Positions 37,726 to 47,743 of a stretch of 64,000 bases of DNA are shown here, one piece after another. The stretch covers positions 9,348-73,347 of the forward strand of contig DAHVQB010000001.1 of NCBI GenBank assembly GCA_027317945.1, read 5' to 3'. The stretch is from Candidatus Micrarchaeota archaeon (GTDB taxonomy: Archaea > Micrarchaeota > Micrarchaeia > Micrarchaeales > Micrarchaeaceae). Positions within the stretch are counted from its first letter, which is position 1. Every line of letters starts with the position of its first letter. Below the pieces are notes generated by a model. That model did not search any database. It was not told the DNA's origin and saw nothing but the letters and a program-made list of their open reading frames with translations. A program made the position numbers and the translations under genes.

Positions 37726-40516
37726 TAACATAGATGCGTACAGTCTTTTCCTCGAAAAGTACAGGGAGTTCACCGAGATACAGAAAAAGGCCATCCCGAT
37801 AATAGAAGCAGGGAGCAATGCGATTATTATAGCCCCGACAGGGGCCGGCAAGACGGAGGCGGCGGTCCTGCCATTGCTTAAGCATATCTGCCAATCAGCC
37901 GATAAGGGGGACAGGCCAGCAGGCATATGCGTACTGTACATAACGCCGTTGAGGGCGCTCAACAGGGATATGATAGGCAGGCTTGAGAGTATGTGCAGGG
38001 CATTGGACATAAGCATAGCCGTAAGGCACGGAGACACAACGCAAAGCGAAAGAAGCAGGCAGGCCAGGAATGCGCCGCAGCTCCTGATAACCACGCCCGA
38101 AACGCTGCAGAGCATACTGCCGACAAAGTACTTGGGCATGGCATTGAAGAACCTGGGGGCGGTGGTGATCGACGAGATACATGAGCTTTATCATAACAAA
38201 AGGGGTGCCCAGCTCTCGCTTGCACTGGAAAGGCTGGAGCGCTTCTCTCCTGGCTTCCAGAGGATAGGTATAAGCGCAACCGTAAGCGACAGCGAAGTTA
38301 TAGGTCGTTTCCTATGCGGCAAACGCAGATGCGAAGCTGCAATCTCAGGTGCGCAGAAGAGCATGAGGATAATGGTCACTTTGCCGAAGCACCATGAGAT
38401 GAAGCTTGACTCGGTTGCTGACCGATTCGGTCTTGACAATGAAGCCCTAGCCAGGCTTGGAACCATTGCGGATTGCGTATCCAAATACAATTCCGTGCTC
38501 ATCTTCGCAAATACGAGGCAGATAGTAGAGGCCCTGGGCAGCAGGCTGCTTTACATCAATTCAGTGAGGGGCTTTGGAGGCATTGGGGTGCACCACAGCT
38601 CGCTCGACAGGGATGGCAGGATAGAAATAGAAGACTCGTTCAAGCGTGGCGAACTCAAGAGCATAATAGCAACCAGTTCGCTAGAGCTGGGCATAGACAT
38701 AGGCAAGATAGACATGGTGATCCAGTATGGATCCCCGAGGCAGGCTCTCAGGCTGGTGCAGAGGGTCGGGAGGAGTGGGCACTCCGAACGCAGGACGGCC
38801 GAAGGCATCGTAGTAAGCACCAGCATAATTGACGCGATAGAGGCGGTTTCAGTTTCCGCTAATGCGGTCTCCGGGAAACTTGAGGGATTCAATATACAGA
38901 AGAACGCACTTGATGTACTAGCGAACCAGATATGCGGAATCGCCCTTGATTGCGGATCTTTGGGCCTAGAATGCACGATGGACTCTGTTGCCAAATCGGT
39001 AAGGATGTCAAATGCCTATGAGACACTGGGCGATGAGGACCTGGAATCGCTGTTCAAGTTCATGGCGCAGCAGCACATGGTCAGGATTGACGGCAATATT
39101 ATAATTGGCAGTCCCAGGACCAGAATGTTTTATTACGACCATCTTAGCGTTATACAGGACACAAAGAGGTACATTGTCAGGAACATGCTGGACAACAGGA
39201 TAATATCGTCGCTGGACGACAAGTTCGTATCCGGATCAATAGATGAAGGCAGCGTATTCATAACGAAGGGTTTGCCATGGCGTGTTATCAGTATAGAAGA
39301 GGATACTGTCATGGTAGAACCGAGTGGCGATTTTGAGGCCGCGATACCGGACTGGAGCGGCGAGGACATACCAGTAAGCGGACTTGTCGCAGGCGGGGTG
39401 GCGAGCATAATAGACAGGCCTTCTGCCACCGCAGTGGCGGGAATCGCGGATCCGCAAACCGGGGCTGCAATTTCGGAGTTCGTCCACAAGCAGCAAAAGT
39501 ACTGGAGACCTGACGGCAATGTAGTGATAGAGCGCAGCGGAGATTACACCGCCATATATACGTGGCTGGGCACCTTGGCCAACGATGCGCTGTCAAAACT
39601 CATATCGCATCACGTGACCCTTAGGCTCGGGCACAGCATAAACATCAAGACGTCGCCGTACGTAATATTCATTGAACTTGGAGCAGAATCCAAAATCGAT
39701 TTGGAGCACATGCTTTCATCGCTCACGCCTGGGAACATAGAGCATGTACTGGCTACAGTAGCACAGGAGACGGAACTCTTCAGGTACAAATTTATTGCAG
39801 TGGCCAAGCTTTTCGGCGTAATCGACAGGGAAGCCATGGTCTCGAAGTCTTTGGTAAAAAGGATGATGAAGCTGCTCAAGGATTCCCCGATATATAAGGA
39901 GACAGAGAGAGAACTCATGAAGAATTACTTTGATATAGACGGACTCAGGGCGTTTCTTACCTCAATGGCGAGCGGAAAAATAGGTATCCGGCTGCTTGAC
40001 CTGCCGCGCATGTCAAACCTGACAGAAGCGATAATAAGCTCAGCGTATTACACGAAGGAGTTGGTACTGCCACTAACGCCTGACAGCGAGATAATAAAAT
40101 CTTTTGCCGGATCCATACTCTCCAAGAGCATAAAACTGCAGTGCACATATTGCGGTTTCTCCTTTAGCAGGAATGTTGCGGACATAAAGGATTACACGAA
40201 GATTGCCTGCCCTTCATGCAAAAGCCCTATGATAACAGGGTACGACGAGGCTTATGATGCGATCATAAAGAAGCGGGCTGCTGGGAAGAGGCTCACTGCA
40301 GGGGAAAGCGCTGTGCTCCGCGATGCGCTGAAGGAGGCGAGCTTATTTGAATCGTATGGAGGCAAGGCAGCGGTTGCACTGTCTACATACGGTGTCGGGG
40401 TGAAGGGGGCCGCACGCGCGCTTATGATGCTGAGGAGGGATGAAAGGCTCTTTTACATAGACCTTCTTGAACTGCAACGCAATTTCATACGCACAAAGAA
40501 ATATTGGGCAGTGTGA
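37694..40516 (+). CDS. lhr: Lhr-family SF2 helicase
   Basis: APTGAGKT, TPLRALNRD, RHGDT, DEIH, SAT, SSLELGID, QRVGRSGH; C-terminal Zn ribbon. Confidence 0.92.
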   Translation: MKMRRAPRRSDNIDAYSLFLEKYREFTEIQKKAIPIIEAGSNAIIIAPTGAGKTEAAVLPLLKHICQSADKGDRPAGICVLYITPLRALNRDMIGRLESMCRALDISIAVRHGDTTQSERSRQARNAPQLLITTPETLQSILPTKYLGMALKNLGAVVIDEIHELYHNKRGAQLSLALERLERFSPGFQRIGISATVSDSEVIGRFLCGKRRCEAAISGAQKSMRIMVTLPKHHEMKLDSVADRFGLDNEALARLGTIADCVSKYNSVLIFANTRQIVEALGSRLLYINSVRGFGGIGVHHSSLDRDGRIEIEDSFKRGELKSIIATSSLELGIDIGKIDMVIQYGSPRQALRLVQRVGRSGHSERRTAEGIVVSTSIIDAIEAVSVSANAVSGKLEGFNIQKNALDVLANQICGIALDCGSLGLECTMDSVAKSVRMSNAYETLGDEDLESLFKFMAQQHMVRIDGNIIIGSPRTRMFYYDHLSVIQDTKRYIVRNMLDNRIISSLDDKFVSGSIDEGSVFITKGLPWRVISIEEDTVMVEPSGDFEAAIPDWSGEDIPVSGLVAGGVASIIDRPSATAVAGIADPQTGAAISEFVHKQQKYWRPDGNVVIERSGDYTAIYTWLGTLANDALSKLISHHVTLRLGHSINIKTSPYVIFIELGAESKIDLEHMLSSLTPGNIEHVLATVAQETELFRYKFIAVAKLFGVIDREAMVSKSLVKRMMKLLKDSPIYKETERELMKNYFDIDGLRAFLTSMASGKIGIRLLDLPRMSNLTEAIISSAYYTKELVLPLTPDSEIIKSFAGSILSKSIKLQCTYCGFSFSRNVADIKDYTKIACPSCKSPMITGYDEAYDAIIKKRAAGKRLTAGESAVLRDALKEASLFESYGGKAAVALSTYGVGVKGAARALMMLRRDERLFYIDLLELQRNFIRTKKYWAV

Positions 40517-40605
40517 TCGATTCGGGATAAACTTTTGGCATGCGTCGTAAACTATTTATATCTACTTCACCATCTATCTGCAACTCAATTTTTATCAGTG
40601 TTTTG

Positions 40606-40806
40606 ATGTATGTATCTAGCGCAGTCGTAAGGAAGATTCTCAAGGAAGCCGGTGCAGAGCGGATAAGCAACGAAGCAGTTGCGGAGCTGCAGAAGTATAC
40701 GAATAAACTGGCTTTTGAGACTGCCGCCAAGGCCGTGAAGCTTTCAAAACACGCCAAAAGGAAGACTGTGGGAGCATCTGATGTCAAACTGGCCATGCGG
40801 GAATGA
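40606..40806 (+). CDS. Archaeal histone
   Basis: RKILKEAGAERISNEA...HAKRKTVGASDVKLA. Confidence 0.92.
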   Translation: MYVSSAVVRKILKEAGAERISNEAVAELQKYTNKLAFETAAKAVKLSKHAKRKTVGASDVKLAMRE

Positions 40807-40822
40807 GATCCCGGTTGGTCGG

Positions 40823-41107
40823 CTATACTGGCACTCCGAGTAGCTTCAATATTATTATGGTGCCGACTCCTGGCAAGCCAAATATTGCAGTAGGTATTAG
40901 CGTTGTAACTCCTACGTTTATTCCCATGTTGAATAGGTAGTTAAGCAGCAACATCGCGATTACGCCTGCTATGCTGTTTACTATTATGCCGACAACTAGC
41001 TTGAGTACCATGCTGCTAAGCTTGAATACTATGAAAAGAACGGCAGCTATGAGCGCTACCACTATAACTTCGCCTAAAATCCCGCCGGCCAGAATATCCA
41101 ACATCAT
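40823..41107 (-). CDS. BofA-like small membrane protein
   Basis: NSIAG..LLNY and AIFGLPGV. Confidence 0.7.
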   Translation of the reverse strand: MMLDILAGGILGEVIVVALIAAVLFIVFKLSSMVLKLVVGIIVNSIAGVIAMLLLNYLFNMGINVGVTTLIPTAIFGLPGVGTIIILKLLGVPV

Positions 41108-41159
41108 GAAATCACTCTTAATCTTAAGCTCTAAATATTTAATAGCCTTATGAATAAGA

Positions 41160-41389
41160 GGTGGCAGGTGGGCAGCCTACCGAAAGGAGGAAGCTCCCCT
41201 CATACAGAGTGCGAAGGGTTCAAGGCCCTATTCGGAACAGAAACGACACCAGAACGGCACATGTGCGATGACGCGACGAGCGTGCCGCAATGGATTAAAC
41301 GCGCCGATGCAAGCACGATGAGTATGCAAGGCTTTAAGCCGCTCAGTCTAATGCTGCCTAAAACAGAAAGGGGGCTACGGCCTGCCACT
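41160..41389 (+). ncRNA. rnpB: RNase P RNA (compact, about 230 nt)
   Basis: P1 GTGGCAGG/CCTGCCAC; CR-I GAGGAAGCTCCCCC; CR-V AAACAGAAAGGGGGCTA; P2 GGCAGC/GCTGCC; CAGAAA motif; TATA-like sequence upstream. Confidence 0.88.
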
Positions 41390-41390
41390 A

Positions 41391-42020
41391 TTATTGCTTA
41401 ACGTAGGCCATGGCCTTTGTGAGGACTTGCTGCGGCACCTTTGGCAGTCCGGTTGCAAGAACCCTATATGATTTGGATTCATAACCAAAGAAGTTCATAG
41501 ATGCGAATGGAGCCACCAGTGCGTATACGCTAAGCTCGTCCGCATTTATCCCGAACGACTCGACCGCTAGGGCAGCTATAGGATCCACATGGCTCACGCC
41601 AACTATGACACCATTCTCTTTTGAAACGTCGGAAGCGAAAGAAGCGACACGCTTCTTTATTGATTCCCAATTTTCGACGCTCTTCGCCTCCTCTTCCGAC
41701 ATGTTGAAGCGCCAGGCTCCGAGAAGGGCGGGCTTCCCCTCAATCAGGCCCCATCCGCGCTCCTTCAGCCGCTTGTCGAGCACTATGTCCATCCCTAACT
41801 CTTTGGCAAGTATGCCTGCCGTTTGCTTTGCCCTGTACGTAGTGCTTGAGTATATCTTGGATACCTTGAAATTGCGCTTCAACTCCTTTGCAGTGGCTTC
41901 GGCCTGGGAGACGCCCAGCTCGGTCAGCGGATATTTGTCCTCCGAATCGCTGAGGAAGCTTTCCTTATTTGTCATGCTCTGGCCATGCCTTATCAGTATT
42001 AGTAACGTCACATACATCAT
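41391..42020 (-). CDS. Histidine phosphatase / dPGM family protein
   Basis: LIRHGQS, YSS..RAKQTA, RLKERGWG, VSH. Confidence 0.88.
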   Translation of the reverse strand: MMYVTLLILIRHGQSMTNKESFLSDSEDKYPLTELGVSQAEATAKELKRNFKVSKIYSSTTYRAKQTAGILAKELGMDIVLDKRLKERGWGLIEGKPALLGAWRFNMSEEEAKSVENWESIKKRVASFASDVSKENGVIVGVSHVDPIAALAVESFGINADELSVYALVAPFASMNFFGYESKSYRVLATGLPKVPQQVLTKAMAYVKQ

Positions 42021-42025
42021 CTCGT

Positions 42026-43720
42026 TTATTCTAGCAGTGAAGCGCTCCTGCTTGCTATCTGGCTGTTCACCAGCGTCAGGAAGTCGTCCAGTTTGACATC
42101 GTGCTTCTGCTTACCGGACCTATCCCTTATGGTGAGAGTGTTCGCCTCAACCTCCTTCTTGCCTATTACGACCATGTACGGCGCTTTCTGCAGCTGTGCA
42201 TCCCGTATCTTGTACTCCAGGGTGCGATCGCTGATATCCAGGTCAACGCGAAGCTTCATTGCCTTTAGTTTGCTGTAGACGCTCTTCGCATAATCATTCG
42301 CCTGCTCTGATATTGATATTATTACTGCATGGGTTGGCGACAGCCATATTGGAAGCTTGCCCTGATAGTGCTCTATCATCACTCCTATGAAACGCTCAAG
42401 GCTGCCAAGTACGGCCCTGTGTATTATCACAGGCATGTGCTCCCTCCCGTCCTCACCTATGTATGAGAGCCCGAACTTTAGCGGCATCTGATAGTCCAAT
42501 TGTATCGTGGCGCATTGCCATGACCTGCCCTGCGAGTCGAATATGTCGAAGTCTATTTTGGGGGCGTAGAAGGACCCCTCCTTCTCCTTGATGTCATACT
42601 TCATGCCGTGTGATTCCAGCGCGTTCCTCAATTGCAGCGTGGCCTTCTCCCAGATCGCGTCTTCGCCCGCGTGATCGTCGGGCATCGTGGAGAGCTTAGC
42701 TGCGAAGCTAAGGCCGAAAGTGCCATACACTTCCTTTATCATGCGAAGAATTGAATCCAACTCCTGGCTTATCTGGTCCTCCCTCAAGAATATGTGGCCG
42801 TCGTCTTGGGTAAGCTCCTTCACCCTGAAAAGGCCGGTGGCGACACCACTGAGCTCGCTCCTGTATACCTTATCGAATATCGCAGTGCGGAATGGAAGCT
42901 CCCTGTAGCTCCACTTTCTGGACTTGTATACCAGTATCGTAGAGGGGCAGTTCATGGGCTTCAATCCTACCTCGCCGAACTGGGACTCGAATGCGAACAT
43001 GTTGTCTTTGTAATGCTCGTCATGACCGCTCATGTGCCAGAGCGCGACGTTGGCCAAGCTAGGCGTGCTTATCTCTTCGAAATCATACTGCGCCTCCTTT
43101 TCCCTGATGAACTCCACCAGTTGCTTATAGATTGTATAGCCTCTGGGGTGCCAGTACACCATGGCTGGGGAGACGGCTTGGAAACTGAAGAGATTCAGTT
43201 TCTCGCCTATGGTCCTATGATCACTTTCCGGCAGCCCCGACCAGTCGCTCTTTGTGACTATGGAAGTGTCGACCTTTTGGTGCGCGGGCTTGCTTTGCGA
43301 TTTGGATGCCGGAGCGGCACCGTATGACCGTGACAGCTCTGCAAGCGGATGGCCCTTTATGTTTACGCTTAGCTTCTTGTTCCACCCGAACGGAGCCTTT
43401 GTGGAAGAAACCTTGGCTGCGGCCTTCTCCTGCATTAGGGCGATAATTCGCATGGCCTCCTTTGGTTCGCAGAGGTTGTTGCTTAAGTGCGCGAAAGGAT
43501 ACACGACAAGCCTCTCTTTCTTGTTCTTCTCCATGAATGCCATGACATCCTTTATCGCCTGCTCCGCGGTGGAATCCGTATCCCCGCTCTCAACGCTGAC
43601 CAGAAGCGCGACGGCATCATCAACTGAAATCTTCTTTTCATCGCTCTGCTCGTAGACCTTTGCTTCTGGCTTTATGAGTTCGTACGTTATATTATCAACG
43701 TCAAGCTGCAAAATCTTCAT
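42026..43720 (-). CDS. thrS: Threonyl-tRNA synthetase
   Basis: Archaeal editing domain (YPFAHLS, APFGW, KGHPLAE); LKPMNCP, GLFRV, QDDGH, IHRAVLGSLERF. Confidence 0.97.
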   Translation of the reverse strand: MKILQLDVDNITYELIKPEAKVYEQSDEKKISVDDAVALLVSVESGDTDSTAEQAIKDVMAFMEKNKKERLVVYPFAHLSNNLCEPKEAMRIIALMQEKAAAKVSSTKAPFGWNKKLSVNIKGHPLAELSRSYGAAPASKSQSKPAHQKVDTSIVTKSDWSGLPESDHRTIGEKLNLFSFQAVSPAMVYWHPRGYTIYKQLVEFIREKEAQYDFEEISTPSLANVALWHMSGHDEHYKDNMFAFESQFGEVGLKPMNCPSTILVYKSRKWSYRELPFRTAIFDKVYRSELSGVATGLFRVKELTQDDGHIFLREDQISQELDSILRMIKEVYGTFGLSFAAKLSTMPDDHAGEDAIWEKATLQLRNALESHGMKYDIKEKEGSFYAPKIDFDIFDSQGRSWQCATIQLDYQMPLKFGLSYIGEDGREHMPVIIHRAVLGSLERFIGVMIEHYQGKLPIWLSPTHAVIISISEQANDYAKSVYSKLKAMKLRVDLDISDRTLEYKIRDAQLQKAPYMVVIGKKEVEANTLTIRDRSGKQKHDVKLDDFLTLVNSQIASRSASLLE

Positions 43721-43879
43721 TACATCAACTACGAGAATAAATGGGCATAATCAAGGATTTATAGGTTGTGTCTGCTTTGCGTGGAATTAGGATGTATACA
43801 TAATAGTAGAGGCATAAACCTGCAAACGCTTATATAGATTGGTGTGAAAAACTTTCTTGGATATTCTGAAGGTGTATTT

Positions 43880-43993
43880 TTGGGAAGCATCCCACGAAAG
43901 TGGAAGAAAAACGGAAGAATGCGCTGGAAATGGAAGAAAAAGCGGCGCAAAAGGCTAAAGAGGGCGCAGAAGAGGAGAGTCGGAGAACTCTGA
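43880..43993 (+). CDS. rpl41e: Ribosomal protein L41e/eS32 (37 aa); not in ORF track
   Basis: TTG start after AGGTG; MGSIPRKWKKNGRMRWKWKKKRRKRLKRAQKRRVGEL. Confidence 0.85.
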   Translation: MGSIPRKWKKNGRMRWKWKKKRRKRLKRAQKRRVGEL

Positions 43994-44102
43994 TTTTGCC
44001 TATCTGCTCTTTTGCTTGAATGATATTCTAGGTCAGTGGTAGCGGCTGCGCTAAATCTTTCCTTGAGTTTATAGGAAGTATCTTGAGCGCCGAATACTGC
44101 AG

Positions 44103-45578
44103 CTACTTTGCTATCTTGTTCAGTATCGGATATGCATCGTATATGCGTTCCTGCTCCAGTTGCTGGTATACCATGTAGATTATACCGACTGTAAGCAGTA
44201 TGCCCATACCAGAGCCAACTGCGCCTGTCAGCGTGGCCAATGCGGCCAGAAGTCCGACGAATATGCTGCCAAGAACGGTTATGGTGGGAATGTATTTGTT
44301 AAGAACGCTTTCCACTATTCTTGGATCGCGCCTGAATCCGGGTATCTGCCATCCCATTTCAGCAAGTTGCTGTGCCATATTCTTAGGGCTCTGGCCTGTC
44401 ATCTCTATCCAGAACTTGCCGAATATCACGCAAAGGACGACCAGTACCAGCGTGTATATTATTACGTGGATCCATTCTGGCACTAAAACAAAGCCGCCCC
44501 ACGGCAACACCAACTTTGCAGTGTTGGTTGTCAGGAGATAGTTGAAGTAAGCGGCATAACCTCCAACGCCGCCGTAATTTGACGAATACGGCAGCGGAAA
44601 AGACGGTGATATTAAGTACGCCAAACCGCCCGTGAGCTGAAGCGAGGTGCCGCCACCAGCGGTGCTGCTGACTGGACTGTATAGCGCTATGAACTTCGCT
44701 ATATTGCCGAAGGAACCGCTAATACCGTTCAGGAACCTCAGCCACACCGTAAGGCTCAGCTCTAGCGAGGACGCCAATATGACAGGAAGCACGCTAACGT
44801 AAAGGAATGGTATCGGAAGCCTTCCGCCTATGCCCCTGAGCTGCTCAAATGCGAGCGGAAGCTCCACCTTGGTTTCATAAGCGTAGATGCTGATCAGGAA
44901 CACGAGTACGGCGAAGAACAGCGGGCCGAATGCCAACAAGGCATTGGAAAATGAAGCTGTAGTACCTGCAGCTATCGCAGCCGCAGCTTCGGGCAGTATT
45001 ATGCCTGCCGTGCCTGCTACTATAGCGTATGATACGCCGCTCGCGATGAATAGGTTTATTCCGGACGTTATCCCGTACTTCGTCATCATTTCGTCCATTA
45101 TTATTATTATCAACGCACCGGCTATCAATTGCAGCATCACCACTATGGCGTACGAGGGCGAAGTGACGGCTACGTACTGCGTAGAGACGTATATCACGGC
45201 TTCTATTACCGCTATCACTATGGCCGCAAGCTTCTGCAGCGTCTGGAAGCGGGCCTTCTGCGCCGGGTCGTTCATGTCTACCTTTATTAGGTCGGAACCT
45301 GCAAGCAACTGGAGCACTATGCTGGACAGCACTATGGGACTTATGCCCACTGTTATTAGACTGCCGATCCTCGCTGCGAATATTATGCTTATGAGCTGTT
45401 CAAGCGGCTGCGTTATCTGGGCCGGGCTCACCCCTATTGCATATGTGTTGTAAAGCAGGAAATATACGGCCAGTATGCTTACGGTCCATACCATCTTCTC
45501 CCTTAGCGACAGCGGCTTCGCTGGAGACCTTATCGATGGGAGGAATTTGGACACAGTGTCCATTATTTCTAGTACCAT
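44103..45578 (-). CDS. secY: Preprotein translocase SecY
   Basis: GISPIV, KYGITSGINLFI, IPGFRRD, GMGILLTVGI. Confidence 0.96.
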   Translation of the reverse strand: MVLEIMDTVSKFLPSIRSPAKPLSLREKMVWTVSILAVYFLLYNTYAIGVSPAQITQPLEQLISIIFAARIGSLITVGISPIVLSSIVLQLLAGSDLIKVDMNDPAQKARFQTLQKLAAIVIAVIEAVIYVSTQYVAVTSPSYAIVVMLQLIAGALIIIIMDEMMTKYGITSGINLFIASGVSYAIVAGTAGIILPEAAAAIAAGTTASFSNALLAFGPLFFAVLVFLISIYAYETKVELPLAFEQLRGIGGRLPIPFLYVSVLPVILASSLELSLTVWLRFLNGISGSFGNIAKFIALYSPVSSTAGGGTSLQLTGGLAYLISPSFPLPYSSNYGGVGGYAAYFNYLLTTNTAKLVLPWGGFVLVPEWIHVIIYTLVLVVLCVIFGKFWIEMTGQSPKNMAQQLAEMGWQIPGFRRDPRIVESVLNKYIPTITVLGSIFVGLLAALATLTGAVGSGMGILLTVGIIYMVYQQLEQERIYDAYPILNKIAK

Positions 45579-45660
45579 CTAAGCAGCACCCGAATAGACA
45601 GAGATACGTTTTGAAGTTAACATTAATATCTTTTGTGGAAGGATAGCGGAATAATGCGCG

Positions 45661-46197
45661 TTATTTTGCCTTGCGGGACTTTGCAGGGGCTGTACGCAAT
45701 TTGCACTTCTTGGTGGAAAACCTCAGCAAATAGTATGATATCACCATTACATTCATGAGCACCATTGCTGCGAATATCTGCGTTGAGTAGTTTACAAAGA
45801 AGGCGTATATTGGTACGGCTTCGGCAGTAGCTCCAAAAACCGAAAATATGGAAAAAATTAGCGGGGCGGTGCAACCGCATCCCTCTACCAAACTTCCGAC
45901 AAAAGTAGTTAGTACGCTCACGCCAGATGCAGTGACTTTCGCGTAGTTACGCCTGGTATTGTTGATCGAATATATTGATAACGTTAGCGCTATTGAAGCA
46001 GTGAGCAATAGCAAGTAGATGGCGTATTGGGGAATTGATAATATTAGAGCAGGGCCTTCCTGCAAATCAATAAGTGTGATGAATACCAAGTAATAGATCA
46101 GGAATACGATTATGTTAATGGCAGTGTATTTTATGCTGTACACCTGCCTGAAGGCAGAATACAATGTATGCACCATATGCATCGAGACCCATAGCAT
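45661..46197 (-). CDS. Hypothetical 4-TM membrane protein with GCGC motif
   Basis: Hydrophobic ORF containing VEGCGCTAPL. Confidence 0.65.
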   Translation of the reverse strand: MLWVSMHMVHTLYSAFRQVYSIKYTAINIIVFLIYYLVFITLIDLQEGPALILSIPQYAIYLLLLTASIALTLSIYSINNTRRNYAKVTASGVSVLTTFVGSLVEGCGCTAPLIFSIFSVFGATAEAVPIYAFFVNYSTQIFAAMVLMNVMVISYYLLRFSTKKCKLRTAPAKSRKAK

Positions 46198-46282
46198 GCT
46201 AGTATTTTATATTACAATTGATTGATTGTTTTAATCTCAACTAAATATTTATAGATACGATTCAGTAAGTACGGGTGCTTCA

Positions 46283-47080
46283 ATGCAGACAACAATGGTA
46301 AAGGAGCTTGGGATGCTGCAAAAAACCAAAGTCGAGCTAGCTGATGCGCACTCCCACCTCGATTTGATTGAGGGTATGCATCAGATAAACGAAGCGATCG
46401 AATACGGCGTTTCCACCATAATAACTGATGGAGTGGACACCAAATCCAATTTAAAGTCGCTAGAATTGAGCGATTATAAGAATATCTTCCCTGCATTGGG
46501 CATTGACCCGCACAATATAATCACCATTGGAGATGATGAGCTCGAGTTCAATTTCAAACTTATCAAGGACAACGCGGAGCGCATAGTAGCTATAGGCGAG
46601 ATAGGCTTGGATTATATGGTAGCCACAGATGCAAAGAAGAGATCCAGGCAGAAAACCGCGTTTGGCCGCTTCCTTGATTTGGCAGAGCAGTTGGATCTTC
46701 CCGTAAGCGTGCATGCCAGGAAGGCGATAAGTGATGTGCTTGAGATCCTTGGGAAGAGGGACGGGCTGCGCGTACAGATGCACTATTTTGATGGGGATGT
46801 AGAGGAGGCTAAAACCGCGGTAGAGCGTGGTTACATGATATCAATCCCCCCTGTAGAATCAGGGAGGAGGAAACGCGTGATAAAGGAGATTGGCATAGAC
46901 ATGATGCTTACCGAATCAGATGCTCCGGTCGTGGGTGCTAGCCCTAGCGATGTAGAGCGATCCGTAAGGATGATAGGCGGGATAAAGGGCATAGATTATG
47001 AGAGGGCCGCCCAGGCACTTACTGCCAATGCAAAGAAGTTCTTTAATATTAACAAGGAAAAAGGGTTTATGCGTTATTAG
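46283..47080 (+). CDS. tatD: TatD family hydrolase
   Basis: DAHSHLD, AIGEIGLDY, VHAR, MH, LTESDAP. Confidence 0.93.
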   Translation: MQTTMVKELGMLQKTKVELADAHSHLDLIEGMHQINEAIEYGVSTIITDGVDTKSNLKSLELSDYKNIFPALGIDPHNIITIGDDELEFNFKLIKDNAERIVAIGEIGLDYMVATDAKKRSRQKTAFGRFLDLAEQLDLPVSVHARKAISDVLEILGKRDGLRVQMHYFDGDVEEAKTAVERGYMISIPPVESGRRKRVIKEIGIDMMLTESDAPVVGASPSDVERSVRMIGGIKGIDYERAAQALTANAKKFFNINKEKGFMRY

Positions 47081-47181
47081 GGCCCGTAGCTCAGGTTGGA
47101 TAGAGCGGCAGACTTCTAATCTGATGGTCGCGGGTTCAAAATGGGTTTCTTCATAGAAGCATGAAAATCCCGCCGGGCCCG
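47080..47181 (+). tRNA. tRNA-Arg(TCT) with 27-nt T-loop intron (about 47141-47167)
   Basis: Acceptor GGGCCCG/CGGGCCC; anticodon CAGA-CT-TCT-AA-TCTG; T-stem GCGGG/CCCGC enclosing 34 nt. Confidence 0.9.
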
Positions 47182-47205
47182 ATTATCGCGCAGTAATTTA
47201 CACTA

Positions 47206-47679
47206 TTATGATACAGGCTGCTGCATGTCAGGAGCCGGCTGCGACGCAGTAGCTGTGGTGTCCAGATTTTTAGGTATCTGTTTTCCACCTCTTTTTTGCT
47301 GCTTGTCAGTCCTCGCGTTGGGGAATTCTATGGCCAAATCCTCCTCTGAAGCGCTTTCCATCCATGCTTTTATGTAAATTGCTATGTTCTTGAAAGGCTT
47401 TGAGAATCTATCAGTGAGCGAATACGCATTATCTTCGTGTTTAAGCAATCCCACCTGCACCGCGAAATCCAAGTATCTTTTGGCAGTTGCGATTGGTATC
47501 GATCCTGGAACATCCTTTAACCTCATTTGCCCGTCTTTTTTCACCTGAAGCAAAAGGGCGGCGAGTCTGTACGCTTCGGTTTCATTGTCAAAGAATACCT
47601 TGGCGACTTCCCTTGCCGTTACGTTTTTGAGCTTCTCCTTTAGTGGTGCGTCTTCGAATTCCCAATATTTAATCGCCAT
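47206..47679 (-). CDS. Hypothetical protein, possible winged-HTH
   Basis: IPIATAKRYLDFAVQVGLLKHEDNAYSLT resembles a wHTH wing; alternative start at 47730. Confidence 0.55.
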   Translation of the reverse strand: MAIKYWEFEDAPLKEKLKNVTAREVAKVFFDNETEAYRLAALLLQVKKDGQMRLKDVPGSIPIATAKRYLDFAVQVGLLKHEDNAYSLTDRFSKPFKNIAIYIKAWMESASEEDLAIEFPNARTDKQQKRGGKQIPKNLDTTATASQPAPDMQQPVS

Positions 47680-47743
47680 GAGTCCAATATCCCCGACAAA
47701 GCATTTATTACTTTCTCCGGTTTCAGGCATTAGAGAGCAGGAA

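Noticed and set aside
41150..41401. 83-aa and 62-aa ORFs
   Set aside because: They overlap the RNase P RNA and lack protein-like features
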